The position numbers and the translations under genes are program-made. The notes below the pieces were generated by a model, which was not told where the DNA came from, did not search any database, and was given only the letters and a program-made list of their open reading frames with translations. A stretch of 60,094 bases of DNA, the filler included, from Sphacelaria rigidula (lineage: Eukaryota), in NCBI GenBank assembly GCA_964200075.2. It is 9 parts of 9 records of this genome, joined end to end, with 100 filler letters (N's around TTAATTAATTAA, not from the genome) between each part and the next. Parts side by side here need not be neighbours in the genome. Positions count along the whole stretch, not along the records: positions 40,132 to 46,719 come from CAXNAA020019197.1; positions 46,820 to 53,407 come from CAXNAA020019198.1; 7 more parts are not named here. The stretch is one strand, 5' to 3'. Position 1 is the first letter of the stretch. The number at the start of each line of letters is the position of its first letter. Below, one piece after another: positions 41,185-53,097 of this stretch.

Positions 41185-41519
41185 AACGAGGGCGACGACC
41201 ACGACAATTGCGCGTTTGCTGTATACACGAATTGCCCGGAACGAAAGACACAGGCCTTGGATCCCACCAGCGCATACGTGAGATAAGTAAGCACCGTGTG
41301 TAACTGTACTGTACTTATCAGAGGTTGTCGTATTCTGTGTCTTCAAATTGATGGGCGTAGGGTATTGCATGCTCGACGGAGGTCTCGTATACTTCCCCTG
41401 TCCCATAAGTCTGTATCGTTATGGGCGTGAAATTGTTCGGGCATACCAGTGTCGACGACGATCATAAATTCGGGCTCATCACAAAGGTGAAGCGCCGACG
41501 TAGATGATGAAAAAATATA

Positions 41520-42020
41520 CAGTAGAAAAGAACAACCCGTTCAATACTAAAAGCCCGTTCAATACAAAAATCATGTCTAACTATACCCCATTTTGGCCTG
41601 TGTTTTCGAGAAATACTTTGATAACTTTATCGAGAATTCTTGATATATATTTTGAGAATTCAGCGTAATGTTCCACTTTAGCCACCAGGGGTGCCCCCGG
41701 TCCCCACAACTACGATAGACTTTCTCCGAGACACCCCTCCACCTCGCCGAAAGGGTGGTGAGCTATCATTGAGCAGCCGTTATGCACTTGCGTTTGAGAT
41801 CGCACTTGCTATTCCGCCGGGCAAGTCGCGGGTGCCCAAGGGTGAGCTGGGCCCTCTCTGCGAACGCTACGGTGTTCCATCGTCGTATCCGAGGAAGGTG
41901 TAAAAGGACGTCAAACCTCAGTTAGACGCTAACCGGGAGGGCGACCTTTCGAACAAGGACAGGAGCAGGCAGCCATCGCTTCTAACCCCAATAAAGGCTG
42001 GGGCGCTGAGGACGGTAAAC
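41520..42020 (+). mobile_element. Tc1/mariner-like transposon 5' end with transposase HTH remnant
   Basis: TA|CAGTAG terminus. Frame from 41691 reads RRKGGELSLSSRYALAFE...VPKGELGPLCERYGVPSSYPRKV*K...LSNKDRSRQPSLLTP, resembling a mariner N-terminal HTH followed by a GRP-like motif. Has an in-frame stop. Confidence 0.55.
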
Positions 42021-43064
42021 ATGCCCCCCCTCCTGGAAAGGGGGTCAAATACGGCTATTTTTGGTCTGACCGTTTTGTTTCAGCCGTTGGCCCATGAAGG
42101 GTAATGCGCCAGAAAAACAAGAAAAATGATGTCAACCCGAAAAACGCTCAAGATTTCAAACGAATCATCGCCCAGGACACCAGACACGGTTAAGAGGCCG
42201 TACGAACGTAACGACATAGACTAATGGGACAGAGGAAGTATATGTATGTGGTCTTGCAGAGTGATCCGAAAAATACTTGAAGTGCGGTATAAGGTATCGG
42301 CGGCTGGCTACGTCGCAGCGCTGAGCGAGAGCCATTTTCGCTAGGCGAGTGAGATTCTCGATTTTCAGCGGTGAGTGGAAACCGGAATCAATGTGCGAGT
42401 GCAGTATATAAGAAAACCGCGGCGGGGATAAAGAAACAATATAGATAGCAATTTTCATCTGGAGTGGGAAATATTTGTGATTTGTTTCGTAGTCGGCCAT
42501 TTTCAACGGGTTTTCGCGTGCCACCGCTAATCCCAGCGAACGGTTCATCCCAAGGTTTGGAGTCGGGGGGTACTAGGCATGCGTTCCACATCCGATTCAA
42601 AGATTGTTTCTGCGCTCGATATTGAATGACTTACGAGCTGAATTGATGGCGGGTGTTAATTGTCGGTTCAAAATACATTTGCTCTCGGCTCTAGCGCAAT
42701 GAAAAGGTTACACTAACTATTTATAGAAAAGGCCCGCAATATCATTCATGAAAGTGTTCAGAATTGGTTGACCCCCGTCTGTGTCATGCAGAGCTCGGCT
42801 GTGTAAATTTTAATGTTCGGGTACATTTTTGAACGTTTTCGTGTGGTATATCCATCCTTGGCGGTTCAACGTTATAATGATGGTGTAGCTAATGCACTGG
42901 CTGAGGTCTCTCAGTACGAGTACCAGGATATACCATTGGTTCAGCTAAACCAAGCTCTCACGTGAGCACAACGTACGACCTATAGCTATCCATCATGAAC
43001 AATCATAGTAGGTTCATTCATGTATAAACTACTGACTAGGAACTTACGTGTTTGCTTAGCATCA

Positions 43065-44870
43065 TGTTATATCTACAAGCAGCTCTCTTACTCAGTACAG
43101 CCGGGGCGCAGCAATAGGAGCAGAGGGTAGCGATGGCCCAGGGTAGACCAAGGTAAGGCCAGTAACTGATCGAGATGGGTCGGGGCAGCCTCTGGCTGCT
43201 CCCGAACAATACTAACTAATGACAGCAGCAAACGCGGTAACAATACGTGACGGAACTCAGGGTCTACGAGCAGACCCGCACAGCGTATATCTTGCAACGT
43301 CTCCGAGCTTCATCACACTAGCTCATCCTAGACGAGTCCTTATGCAGTTGAATCATCATCACCTCGGCAAATATATATTTGCGGCGAGAAACTTGAAAAT
43401 CCAACGAGAAAGGGCTCTTCTACACTACACTCGTATAAAAGCATGAAACGAAGAAAATATCATGACACTCCCACCCCTCTCAAAGGCGAGCATTGCTGCG
43501 ACCCGACACATCAAACGATCAATCTACAAGAGGGAAAACGTTGTATCTGTGTGACACTCCCGACCTATGTTTAACAAGACAACACACACGCAAGTCCATC
43601 TACAACGTAAAGCGCTAAATGGTACGCACGCGTAGACTTCATTTACCAACGGAACAAGGAGGGAATGCCAGACAGTCCGGGAAGAGGGGAGGGAAAACGC
43701 AATGCGGCATAGCATCGCGGCAACTGCTCTGGTCGGACGCAGATCCGAGTGAGCTCCACGTCTTGTCCGTCTCCGTCCCGACACATCCGTCGCGTATAGC
43801 GAGTGTGGCACCCCGCTCGTTTCCGTGGCAGGGCGTTTGAAATGTTAAACCTGCCTTGAAAAAGGCGTGCAGCGTGAAGTATAATGCGATGGGGGGGGAC
43901 TACGCAGCAACAGGGAGATGAAAGCGGGGATGCCGCCGAAATTTAGGTTTGGTGTGCCCGAAGTGCGAATTTCAAAACCTCTGCGGGAATGGGTACGAGC
44001 CCATCCAAGACGACACTCAGGGTAAAGAGCCAAGTGCCGTTGGTGAGAACTTTTAGTTCAGCAGCGCGGCGGATCAAATATCGCGTGTTATGAGCAAAAT
44101 CAAGTAAACAAAATGATTCGTCAGGACGCAATATCCAACTCAAAGCCATCGTCCGGCGAAGATACGGCCTACAACAAGGGCGGTATAATTGATCATTCCC
44201 CGGGGAACACTGGACCGCGAGCAAGGGAACAACACAAGACAACACACCCGAAAGACAACACACCCGTGTCGCCAGCTGACCAGGCTGCTCCACGGGATAG
44301 GAGTAGAACAAACAAACGAACACACCTAGATGTTTTGTCGAAATGCAGTAGCTCACCTCAACCTAAGACAGTCGTCGGGCATAAATACGGCCTACAACCA
44401 GGGCGGTATAATTAGCAGTACACGGTGTAACCAAGGACCCGTGCAAGAAGACGATGTAAGGGAGTACTCCCGTGCGGCGAGCTCTCTTGGCTGGCGGCAG
44501 GGGGTTGAGCAGTGACAACAACAAACACATCCAGAGAATGAGTCATCAAAATTCCAAACATGCGGGAGACTGGACTAAATCTACAGTCCTCTCGTCGTGT
44601 AAAGAAACCTCGAAGACAAAAAAGAACACAAGATGCTCGGGGGACACGGACGGAGGTGCGACAGCGACAAGAAATGTGACTACGGTTACTAGAAACGGAT
44701 TCACCAAGAGGATGAACTCAGCACCAAGGAACACGGTACCAATACCTGTGAGGGGTTACAATGCAGCAAAGGGGAGGGGGGGGGGCTACGGTCTGATATC
44801 TGACCAGATCGGATTGGGGGATCTAAATCCGCCAAGGTGAGGGAGGCTTAACCGAATATACTTACGCTCA
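43065..44870 (-). mobile_element. Decayed LTR retrotransposon 3' region with polypurine tract and 3' LTR (LTR ~43065-43467)
   Basis: Minus strand has a polypurine run ending GGGTGGGAG directly followed by TGTCATGA..., and the segment ends ...TATAACA (TG...CA). The upstream limit is uncertain. Confidence 0.5.
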
Positions 44871-45545
44871 AGGATTGTCACTGTACATCTGCCTGGATGC
44901 AAGGGAAATTGATATCAAGATTGGATCATGACGTACAGGGGAAACACTAATTAGAGATTAGTTCTGTTAACTAGGGTATACCCGATATCATGGTTGCACT
45001 AGTAGGTATCTGAGGGGGCACACGCTTCCTTGCGTGGCGAAGAGATGGGATTATGACGTGTCATTTTGTATGAGTGATTTTCCCAAGAATGACTACCCCG
45101 CCTCGTTTAGTGTGCGTGCGGTGCGTGTGTCGCAGGCTTAATTCTACAGTCGTATGAGGAGTACGCAACAGACGAGGACTTCATTCAAGACATTGTAGAA
45201 ACCGGTCTGCTCGACGGTTTACTAGAATATGTGTGGGCCGGGGCGACCAAGAACTGGATATATAAGGAGTATCAAAAAGTCCTTCATCTATTCGGGGCGT
45301 GATTTCCATGTAGAATATTAATACAAGGGTACATCGGAAAAAGAGAGTAAACAAGACAACAATATCGTGGACAGCAAGGGCATACACAGGACGAGGAACC
45401 GAGCCTGGGAGCGCGCACGTCAGCAACAAGAGCGGCGGACACCTAGCAGCGCATCCCTCCTACGACCGCATCACAAGATACCCGTCTACAAGCCCAGATC
45501 GGACAGTCTGGCACATTGACGGTACGGTTTCGCGACAGCGACGAT

Positions 45546-45606
<61 letters not shown>

Positions 45607-45607
45607 G

Positions 45608-45638
<31 letters not shown>

Positions 45639-45698
45639 GACAACGACAACGACAACAGCGATACCGACAACAGCAAGCAAGACAACAACAACGACAAC
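45546..45698. repeat. (CAA)n / (CAACGA)n microsatellite
   Basis: About 20 near-perfect AAC units followed by degenerate units. Confidence 0.95.
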
Positions 45699-46838
45699 AC
45701 GGATGACTGGAGCAGCAGCAGCGTGGCTGACACAATGGACGATCTCGGAAAAGGCCGGCGAAACACCGATGCGATCCTGGGCTTGGAGCACTCTTTCGAT
45801 CGTGGGAAAAGCGCACAAGGTGGTGGTCGCACAACAGCAGCAGCTAGGGGGGTTGCCGGACATCGGGGCCTTGAAAAGGGCCAAAGACACGTGTTGAACT
45901 CATCTACCATTGATGTGGAATGTTCCATGTGTACGCGTTGAATCTGCGTGTGTAATTTCGATTACATGAGTCATCAATTTTGTTTGGATCGAGATCCAGT
46001 TTTTCGAAAATCCTTCGACTCGCGTTTGTTATTGTTTTTTTCATTCAATATCACGCCCTAATCGCTCTGTAGTGAGACCGAGCGCATGTGTGGTTTTGGA
46101 GTGTTTTATGTGTGCCCTGCTTTGGTTCTAATCTGTTCGAGACTTTGGTTTTCTCCCTTTTTCACCGCAGAAATGATATGATCCCCTTGACTGTAATAGG
46201 GGGTGTTATCTATCGTCATGAAATTTTGGGACACATCGCGTGGGTAGATATGCATATTCTCGCGTCTGCACTGTATTGTATTCTGCCGCACTGATCTGTA
46301 GGGTATGGCACTCGACCATTCTACCCTGTTGGTCTGCATTGCACTGTACACGATCTTCCCCATTTGTTATCCAGTCGGTCCCCCCGAATAAGCAAGGTGA
46401 TTATACATGACTGGGTACATGTTTTTCGCATGTAGGGGTGTTTTATTCCGCTATCTACAGTAGTTGAGCTTGAATCACATTTTTGACTCGAGATGACATC
46501 GACGAGAGATGTTGCGTTGTACAGACAAGTGCAGTAGTCGGTCTCATGTTTCGAAGTGTTGTCATGAGTGATTCCACGTAGCATTTTCTCATGTTCAACT
46601 GCCTTCTGTATACTGTACTCCAGGCTGATTACTGCTTGCATACCGTTCTGCATTGAACAGCCGATTTTATATTTTGGGGTTCATACAAAATATGGGGCTG
46701 AAGTGGCCCATCTGTCTTGNNNNNNNNNNNNNNNNNNNNNNNNNNNNNNNNNNNNNNNNNNNNTTAATTAATTAANNNNNNNNNNNNNNNNNNNNNNNNN
46801 NNNNNNNNNNNNNNNNNNNTCGAAAACTCGGCGAAAAG

Positions 46839-48760
46839 GTGAGTGAAAATCCCCTGAGCCCGCAAGCCCAACCCTTCTACCCATCCGGATCAGCTCAACA
46901 GCCCCCAGTGCAAGCCTCTCAGCAACAACAATCTTTCGCCCCTGTTCAGCAACAGCAGGCTGCCGCACCCCCTCAGCAGCAGGTTGCTGGACCTCTTCCG
47001 CAGCAACAGGTAGCCGCGCATCCTCATCAGCAGGTTGTTGCACACCTCCTGCCGCAACAGGCGGCTGCGCCGCCGCAGCAGCAGCAGGTTCTGCAACAGC
47101 AACAGCTAGGGCACTTTGGTCCGATGCCTCAGCATGTCCCGTCGTCTGTTCCTCCGCCTCTTCAGCCGACAATGCCAGTCTCTGTGCCTCAGGGAGCCCC
47201 TCAAGCACCGCCCGCTGGAAATTTTACTCGTTCCCAGTTGCCACCTCCACCGCCGTTGCCCCCGCAGCGCCGCTCTAGGTTAATGATCGCGCTAGACCCG
47301 GTCAGTCTCTACTGCAGTCCGTTCTACGGATCCCTCAATCCCCCTGGTGTAACTCCGGCAGCCCAATCCAGGTTGGACGGGTCTACTCCGTATGGGGCCA
47401 CGTACCCTCGTATTCCCGCACCATTTGCTCACCCGTTTGATCACAACTGGTCGGCGGTACTGAAACACCAACAATCGGTATCCCGTCAGGCAAACACTTT
47501 AGCCAAGCTGCTCGGTTCCAAGGACACTGACGCCATCGTATACAAGGGACGGTGTGTAGACCACACCGCAGAACTGACTTTTCACAACTCCGCGGTCCTG
47601 TTCTCGAACCATTTCCGTACCACGTTGGCGGCGTATGAGGGGGGAAATTGGAGGGTGCCTACTGACGCACACATGACAAGTAAGCCGCTGAAACCACAAG
47701 CGGATCAGTGTATAGATAGGTGTAGAGACCTGCTGATGCGCGTAATGCTGCCCACTTCAGCGACGTACACGGAGATGACAAGTTGGAGAGAAACGCAGAT
47801 CTCGGTACCTGGCGTAGCGGGAGATATCATACGCGTACCGTTTGGGGACGTAACTGCCCTAGAGTGGCTCAGGAAGCTAGTAGCAGAAGAAGCGAGAATG
47901 GGTGCAAGCCATGCAGAAGTTGCACTATACAAAACACGAAACTACTGAAAAATAAGAGCTACGTAGCGGCCGTTCACCGTCTGATACTGTTGACCATGGC
48001 GGCCACGATTTCTCCAGCTTCTCCACACCTCGCAGAGGAGGGATGTTTCTGGAGGACGGCAGAAGAACTTTTAGTCTTGCGGATGTGTGGCATCTTCCAA
48101 AAAGTTGGTAATCCCGGACCCGACTGCACAATTGGTATCGCATACGCTACTACAAGTGCCCAACAAAGCCTTGGAGGACGACGTCCGCTCGTTACCCGTT
48201 CACCACGGAGACCCGTGCAGCCCAGATATGAAGAAGCGAGGGCGCGTCACGTATCGTATATATAGTGCATTCGTATCTGCCATCCAACGCCGCTGTGAGT
48301 GTGCTAAGACGACTGCACATGCGATGAGGAGCGCCACTGCAGCCCAAGCACGCCCCGCGCATAAGCCCATATACGCGGGGTTGGTAGAGACCAAAAAGCG
48401 ACTCCTGCGAGAAGCAGGGGAGGGGGCCCAAGAACAAGACTTCGATTCCGTTGCTGCCTTCACCAACCAAAAGGCATCAACACCACGCGGAGGCACGCCT
48501 TTCGGGACATCCTCATCTACTCGTGAAGCGTGGAAGCGTCCGCGGAAAGAGTCAGCCAAGCACACCAAACGTGTCAAGTTCGACACGCGAGGAGGAGCAC
48601 CGGCAACCGGATTCCTTCCTGCCCGCAATGCGTCCAAGGGGGAGCGTGACGTCGCCAAACGATTGCTGGGAGTGTGTTTCAACCACGCATACGGACGAGA
48701 CTGCAGCAGCAAGGATTCGTGTCCAATGGTTCACCAAAACTCGGAGCTGTTGACACCGAT
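46839..48760 (+). pseudogene. gag-like region: Q/P-rich N-terminus and C-terminal CCCH zinc finger (frameshifted)
   Basis: Overlapping ORFs 46839-47948, 47783-48265 and 48087-48887. CFNHAYGRDCSSKDSCPMVH is C-x8-C-x5-C-x3-H at 48675-48734. Confidence 0.65.
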
Positions 48761-49051
48761 CACCTCACCGGCCAACGGGATTCGGCAAGGTGGGATCTCT
48801 TCTGTGCTGTCAAGCCAAGCGCGCTCAGTGACGATCCGACGGGGGTGTTGTCAGGAGAGAGCAGTCTGGCAGCATGGGATGAGGTGAGGAAGAGCCCTGG
48901 AGAGGCGTGGGAGGATGACGCTACACTTGAGTGGCTTCTGCGGCTGACGGAGGACGCTCGGTTAGAAGGCTTCGTTAGCGAGCTAGTTCCAGGCTACGTG
49001 CGAGGTCCTCAACCGCAGGAACGTCAACTCGTGTTGATCGAACCTCGTTAG

Positions 49052-50251
49052 TTGTCCGATTTAGATGAGGAAGCCGAGGTAGGGGTAGCCAGGGGAGTGC
49101 AGTGGTGGGACCCACAGTTACCGTTAGTATGTAAGGTGGTCAACACGGCCAAGAGTGCTCGCCTAGTGAAGAAATGTATGGTCGTGGCGAAGGCTGTGGC
49201 CGTGAATATTCGAGATCGCGAGCGGTTGCAAAATCTGTACGTGTCCGACCCAGGAACCACGCTTAAGTCGAGGCTGGAGGATCGAGGGACTACGCCAGCC
49301 CCTCCCCAACCACCGTCGGAACCAACGGAAGTGGAGGAAAAAGACACAACTGAGGCCACAGGAGTAGATCTCACGGAAGCGAACATGGGCCAGTTGGATC
49401 CGGCGCAGAAGACCCAGCTGTTACCCGTGTTAAGAGACCTCAACGAAGCAGGTCTTTCCGCGGTGGACCCCAAGCGAGTGAAAGCCGCGCGTGGGGAACC
49501 ATTGCATCTACGACTGAAAAATCCCCGGTGCCGGCCATTCGCTGCTGGTGCTAGGCGATACTCGCCGGAACAAGAAACAGCTATACAAGACGAGGTCCAG
49601 GAACTCGCGGAGCGGGGGATCATTGAGCCGTCGACGTCCGCATGGGCAGCTGCTTGCGTCACGGTGCGGAAGAAGGACGGTAGTTTACGGTTGTGTCAGG
49701 ACTATCGTGGACTAACCGAACTTCTCGAGTCGTATAGCGGTGGATTGGAGGATATGCAGACCATTTATAGTGGCCTAGCGGGAACCAAGTGCTTTACGAG
49801 TGTGGATTTAGCGAGTGGGTTTTCCCAGTTGGAAGTGGCGAAAGAAGACCGACACCTTACCACCTTTTGCGATGCGAGGGGGCACTTATGGCAATATCAA
49901 CGTTGTAGATTCGAACTCAAGGTATCACCAGCGAGATTTCACCGAACAGTATCCGAAGCGTTGTTGCCAGCGCGGGGTGTCAGGGATTGGTTGGATGATA
50001 TCTTGTGGCCTAGTGCGACTTTCGCCAGCCACATAACGGGGTTGAGAGTTGCGCTCTATTGCCTGCTGAAGGCCGGCCTCACTGTGAATTTCCAGAAATC
50101 ACAATGGTGCACCCAGCAACAGGACTTCGTAGGGATGACGATTGACGCGTCGGGAATACGACCTTCCCAGTCTAAGATTGAAGCTATCGCTCAGTTGAGG
50201 GAGCCGCAGAGGGTAGAAGAGCTTAGGTCGTTACATAAAGGGGTACAGTAA
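49052..50251 (+). pseudogene. Ty3/gypsy reverse transcriptase
   Basis: GIIEPSTSAWAAACVTVRKKDGSLRLCQDYRGL, FTSVDLASGFSQL, WLDDIL (YxDD equivalent), GLTVNFQKSQW, FVGMTIDASGIRP. Confidence 0.93.
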
Positions 50252-50273
50252 CACGGCAGCACCGCTCACAGAC

Positions 50274-50780
50274 TTGCTGAGAGACCCGCGATTCGCCTCC
50301 AAGCGAGCGCGGAGGATGAAGACTCCGTGGGGGGAACAGCAGCAACAAGCATTCCTAAACTTGAAGAGCGCTCTGATATCCTATCCGATCTTGGCGCACC
50401 CGGATTGGAATGAACGATTCGTGCTACACCCAGACGCTTCAGAGTTCGCAGCAGGGGCCGCCCTCTCCCAGGAGGCGGGTGAGAGGGAATGGGTAATCGA
50501 ATACGCTAGTCATAGATGGTCACGAGCGGATGAAGTAAGATCAGCATCAGAGAGAGAAGTAGTCGCTGTTTTATGGTCCGTGGAACGATTCAGATCGTAT
50601 CTATGGGGGCGAGAGTTTACGCTGGTTACGGATTGCGGTGCGTTGACATGGCTGTTTCGTAGTCAAAACTTGTCGCCTAAGTTCCACCGGTGGGCGCTGA
50701 GATCGATGGAGTATGATACGGTTTTCAAGTGGAGAGCTGGACGCGAACACCAGTTGCCGGACGCCCTGTCTCAGCTGCAA
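50274..50780 (+). pseudogene. Ty3/gypsy RT connection and RNase H
   Basis: PILAHPDWNERFVLHPDASEFAAGAALSQ, IEYASH, SEREVVAVLWSVERFRSYLWGREFTLVTDCGAL, HQLPDALS. Confidence 0.92.
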
Positions 50781-51039
50781 GGGAGTCAACCCAGGGGAAG
50801 GGACATCGACGTGTCATTCACTGACGATGATACCGAAGCTGGACCAGGTGGAGGAGGAGGACCGCAAGGACCCAAACTGGACGGGATGTTACTGACGGAA
50901 CTGGAGGCTGAGTATCCGAAAGAATCCACAGACGTGATGGAATTGGCGTTGGAGGAGGTCAGCGCGTTGTATCCACCGGAAACGAGGGACGGGGTTGACT
51001 CAGGGAACCCTGTGACCGGACCGGTTAAGCATCGACCCC

Positions 51040-51925
51040 CCGCTTTGATTGTCCATTGTGGAGGCGGGGGAAGCATTCTGGCCGCGGAGAAATTCTTGAA
51101 GATGGTAGCAGCTACCGATGCAGATTGGAAGGCGCTGGGTTGTGTCAGAATGAACCAAATTGGGAAGGGAGTCAAGCTGGTAGGTACGACTCCAGGGCGC
51201 CCTTCTTTCCACAACTTGGTGAGGAGGTGCAACCAGACGTGCTGGTAGGAGATACGAGTAGGGTTGCCTCTGTTGATAAAAGTGCGGGAGAGTCGGAATC
51301 CGCAGATAGTGTCCGAGAATTGGTCGTTTGTTCCTCTCCTCAGTCTCGGCGACAACGCTGATCTTGGAGAGTACGGGTGTAATGGTGCACTCTCCGGGTT
51401 GGACGGAGAGCGTGACTCCGTTGCTGAACGGAGCCGGTTGCTGCATTGAGCAGGCATCTATCTCCGCCGTACAGGTGGGCGCCCCGTACCGGAAGAGACG
51501 GACATATGTGGTCGCTCTGAAGGCTGGTCGGCAGGGAGAAGAACCACTGCACGCATGGAGGCAGCGAGTGGAAGCGTATGCTATTACCTGCCCCCCGTTG
51601 GGTCAGCTCTTGGAGCGGACTGGCACCTATTTCTTGGAGCCGACGGGGCAAGGCAAAGCTATTCATAGTTTCGAGGATCCGATGCCCAGGTTAACTCGTC
51701 CTCGGCTGCTGAGAGGGAAACCTCGGCGCGAGGAATTCACACCCCACAGGGCGGACGCAGAGGTATGGGAGGAAGCAGTAGAGCTAGAAAGAGTCGACTT
51801 CGTGAGAGTCGCGACCACCCTCGACCACTACGAGACCCCACCCACGATGAACCCCGACGCTAATCCAGATACTGTGGCTAGTTTTGCTCATCCGTGGATG
51901 ATGGGGGCGGTTTTATCAAGCTTAG
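51040..51925 (+). pseudogene. DNA (cytosine-5)-methyltransferase-like domain embedded in pol (two frameshifts, catalytic PC absent)
   Basis: Ordered motif-like blocks: I LIVHCGGGG; II VAATDADWKALGCVRMN; IV PDVLVG(DTS); VI LILES; VIII ISAVQVGAPYRKRRTYVVA; IX ELERVDFVRV; X VASFAHPWMMGAVL. Confidence 0.75.
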
Positions 51926-52172
51926 AAGCGGAAGGTTTGTTGAGCTTGACTCAGATTTGGAGTGAGGACGTAGGTTTGAGTGCGCTAGCGGCGATATGGC
52001 TGCATGAGGATGAGTTGCCACAGACTTGGGGAGCCGCCTAACTCGCTCGTCGGTTCCCGAAGCGGAACATAAGTCGGACCAGGACTCTGGTGGGGGGGAA
52101 GCTTCAGCTGAGGAGCCAATACCAGGTAAAGGTCATCCTAAAACTGTTCTCGAATAAACGCGGGCGATCCTG

Positions 52173-52530
52173 ATGGACGAACCACAACTCGTTTTATTAC
52201 AAGAGCGGGACTTCCGTCTGGGACCTATCAAGGATAAGTTAAGAGAGGGGCCTAAGGATGAAGGAGCTGACAAGAGGCGGGATGCGTACGTGCTGGATGA
52301 GAATAATCTTTTATGGTACACCTCCCCTAAGGAGCCAACCAAGTTAGCGATCCCACGCAGCCTAGTGCCAGGGCTGCTGGCGTGGGTTCACACTACGCAC
52401 GGGCACGCCAGAGTAATGAGGACGACTGCAGTAATCAACACACGGTACGAAAGGCCTGGTCTGTTCGCCGATACTCGCAAATACGTGTTGTCTTGTGGAT
52501 GTCGTCGACGCAAGCATACCAACAGTCCAA
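52173..52530 (+). pseudogene. Integrase N-terminal HHCC zinc-binding domain, truncated
   Basis: KLAIPRSLVPGLLAWVHTTHGHARVMRT...PGLFADTRKYVLSCGCRRRK. Confidence 0.88.
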
Positions 52531-53097
52531 GGGTAGGTCGAGTAGAGTAGGTACTTTTGAATACTCGAGTGAAATACGCAAGTAATTACACTACTCGACA
52601 TGTNNNNNNNNNNAATACTCAAGTATTTACTCTACTCGACGTTTGAGTAGGTCGAGTACGGCCTCAAGTACTCTACTCAAATTTTGAGTAGGTCGAGTAC
52701 GGCCTTGAATACTCTACTCAAATTTTGAGTAAGCACTCTCAGTAATACTTGAGTATAGAGTATCACTCGAGTATGACCTCAATACTCTACTCAAATTTTG
52801 AGTAGGTCGAGTACGACCTCAAATACTCTACTCATTTTTTTAGTATATTGAGTATGGTCTCAAATACTCTTTTCAAATTTTGAGTAGGTCGAGTACGACC
52901 TAAATACTCTACTCAAATATTGAGTAAACACTCTGAGTAATACTTGAGTATAGAGTATTACTTGAGTATGACCTCAATACTCTACTCAAATTTTGAGTAG
53001 GTTGAGTATGGTCCCAAATACTCTACTCAAATATTGAGTAAACACTCTCAGTAATACTTGAGTATAGAGTACATCTTGGGTAAGGTGAGTACCCCTG
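52530..53097. mobile_element. MITE-like element with tandem ~40-bp subrepeats interrupting the integrase
   Basis: Units TTGAGTAGGTCGAGTACG[AG]CCTCAAATACTCTACTCAAATT. The start is similar to 57926 onward. Contains a 10-N gap. Confidence 0.7.

Larger units (their letters stand above)
46839..52530 (+). mobile_element. Ty3/gypsy LTR retrotransposon internal region (gag, RT, RNase H, C5-DNA-methyltransferase-like domain, integrase N-terminus), decayed
   Basis: Domain order RT-RH-INT is diagnostic of Ty3/gypsy. Several frameshifts and stops. No LTR is present in this contig. Confidence 0.92.

Noticed and set aside
45443..45941. ORFs with poly-N, poly-L and poly-V tracts
   Set aside because: Produced by the (CAA)n microsatellite. 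No other coding evidence.
50786..51457. 223-aa minus-strand ORF (also 49048-49662 and 48200-48712)
   Set aside because: Antisense shadows of the GC-rich retrotransposon coding strand with no recognisable motifs.
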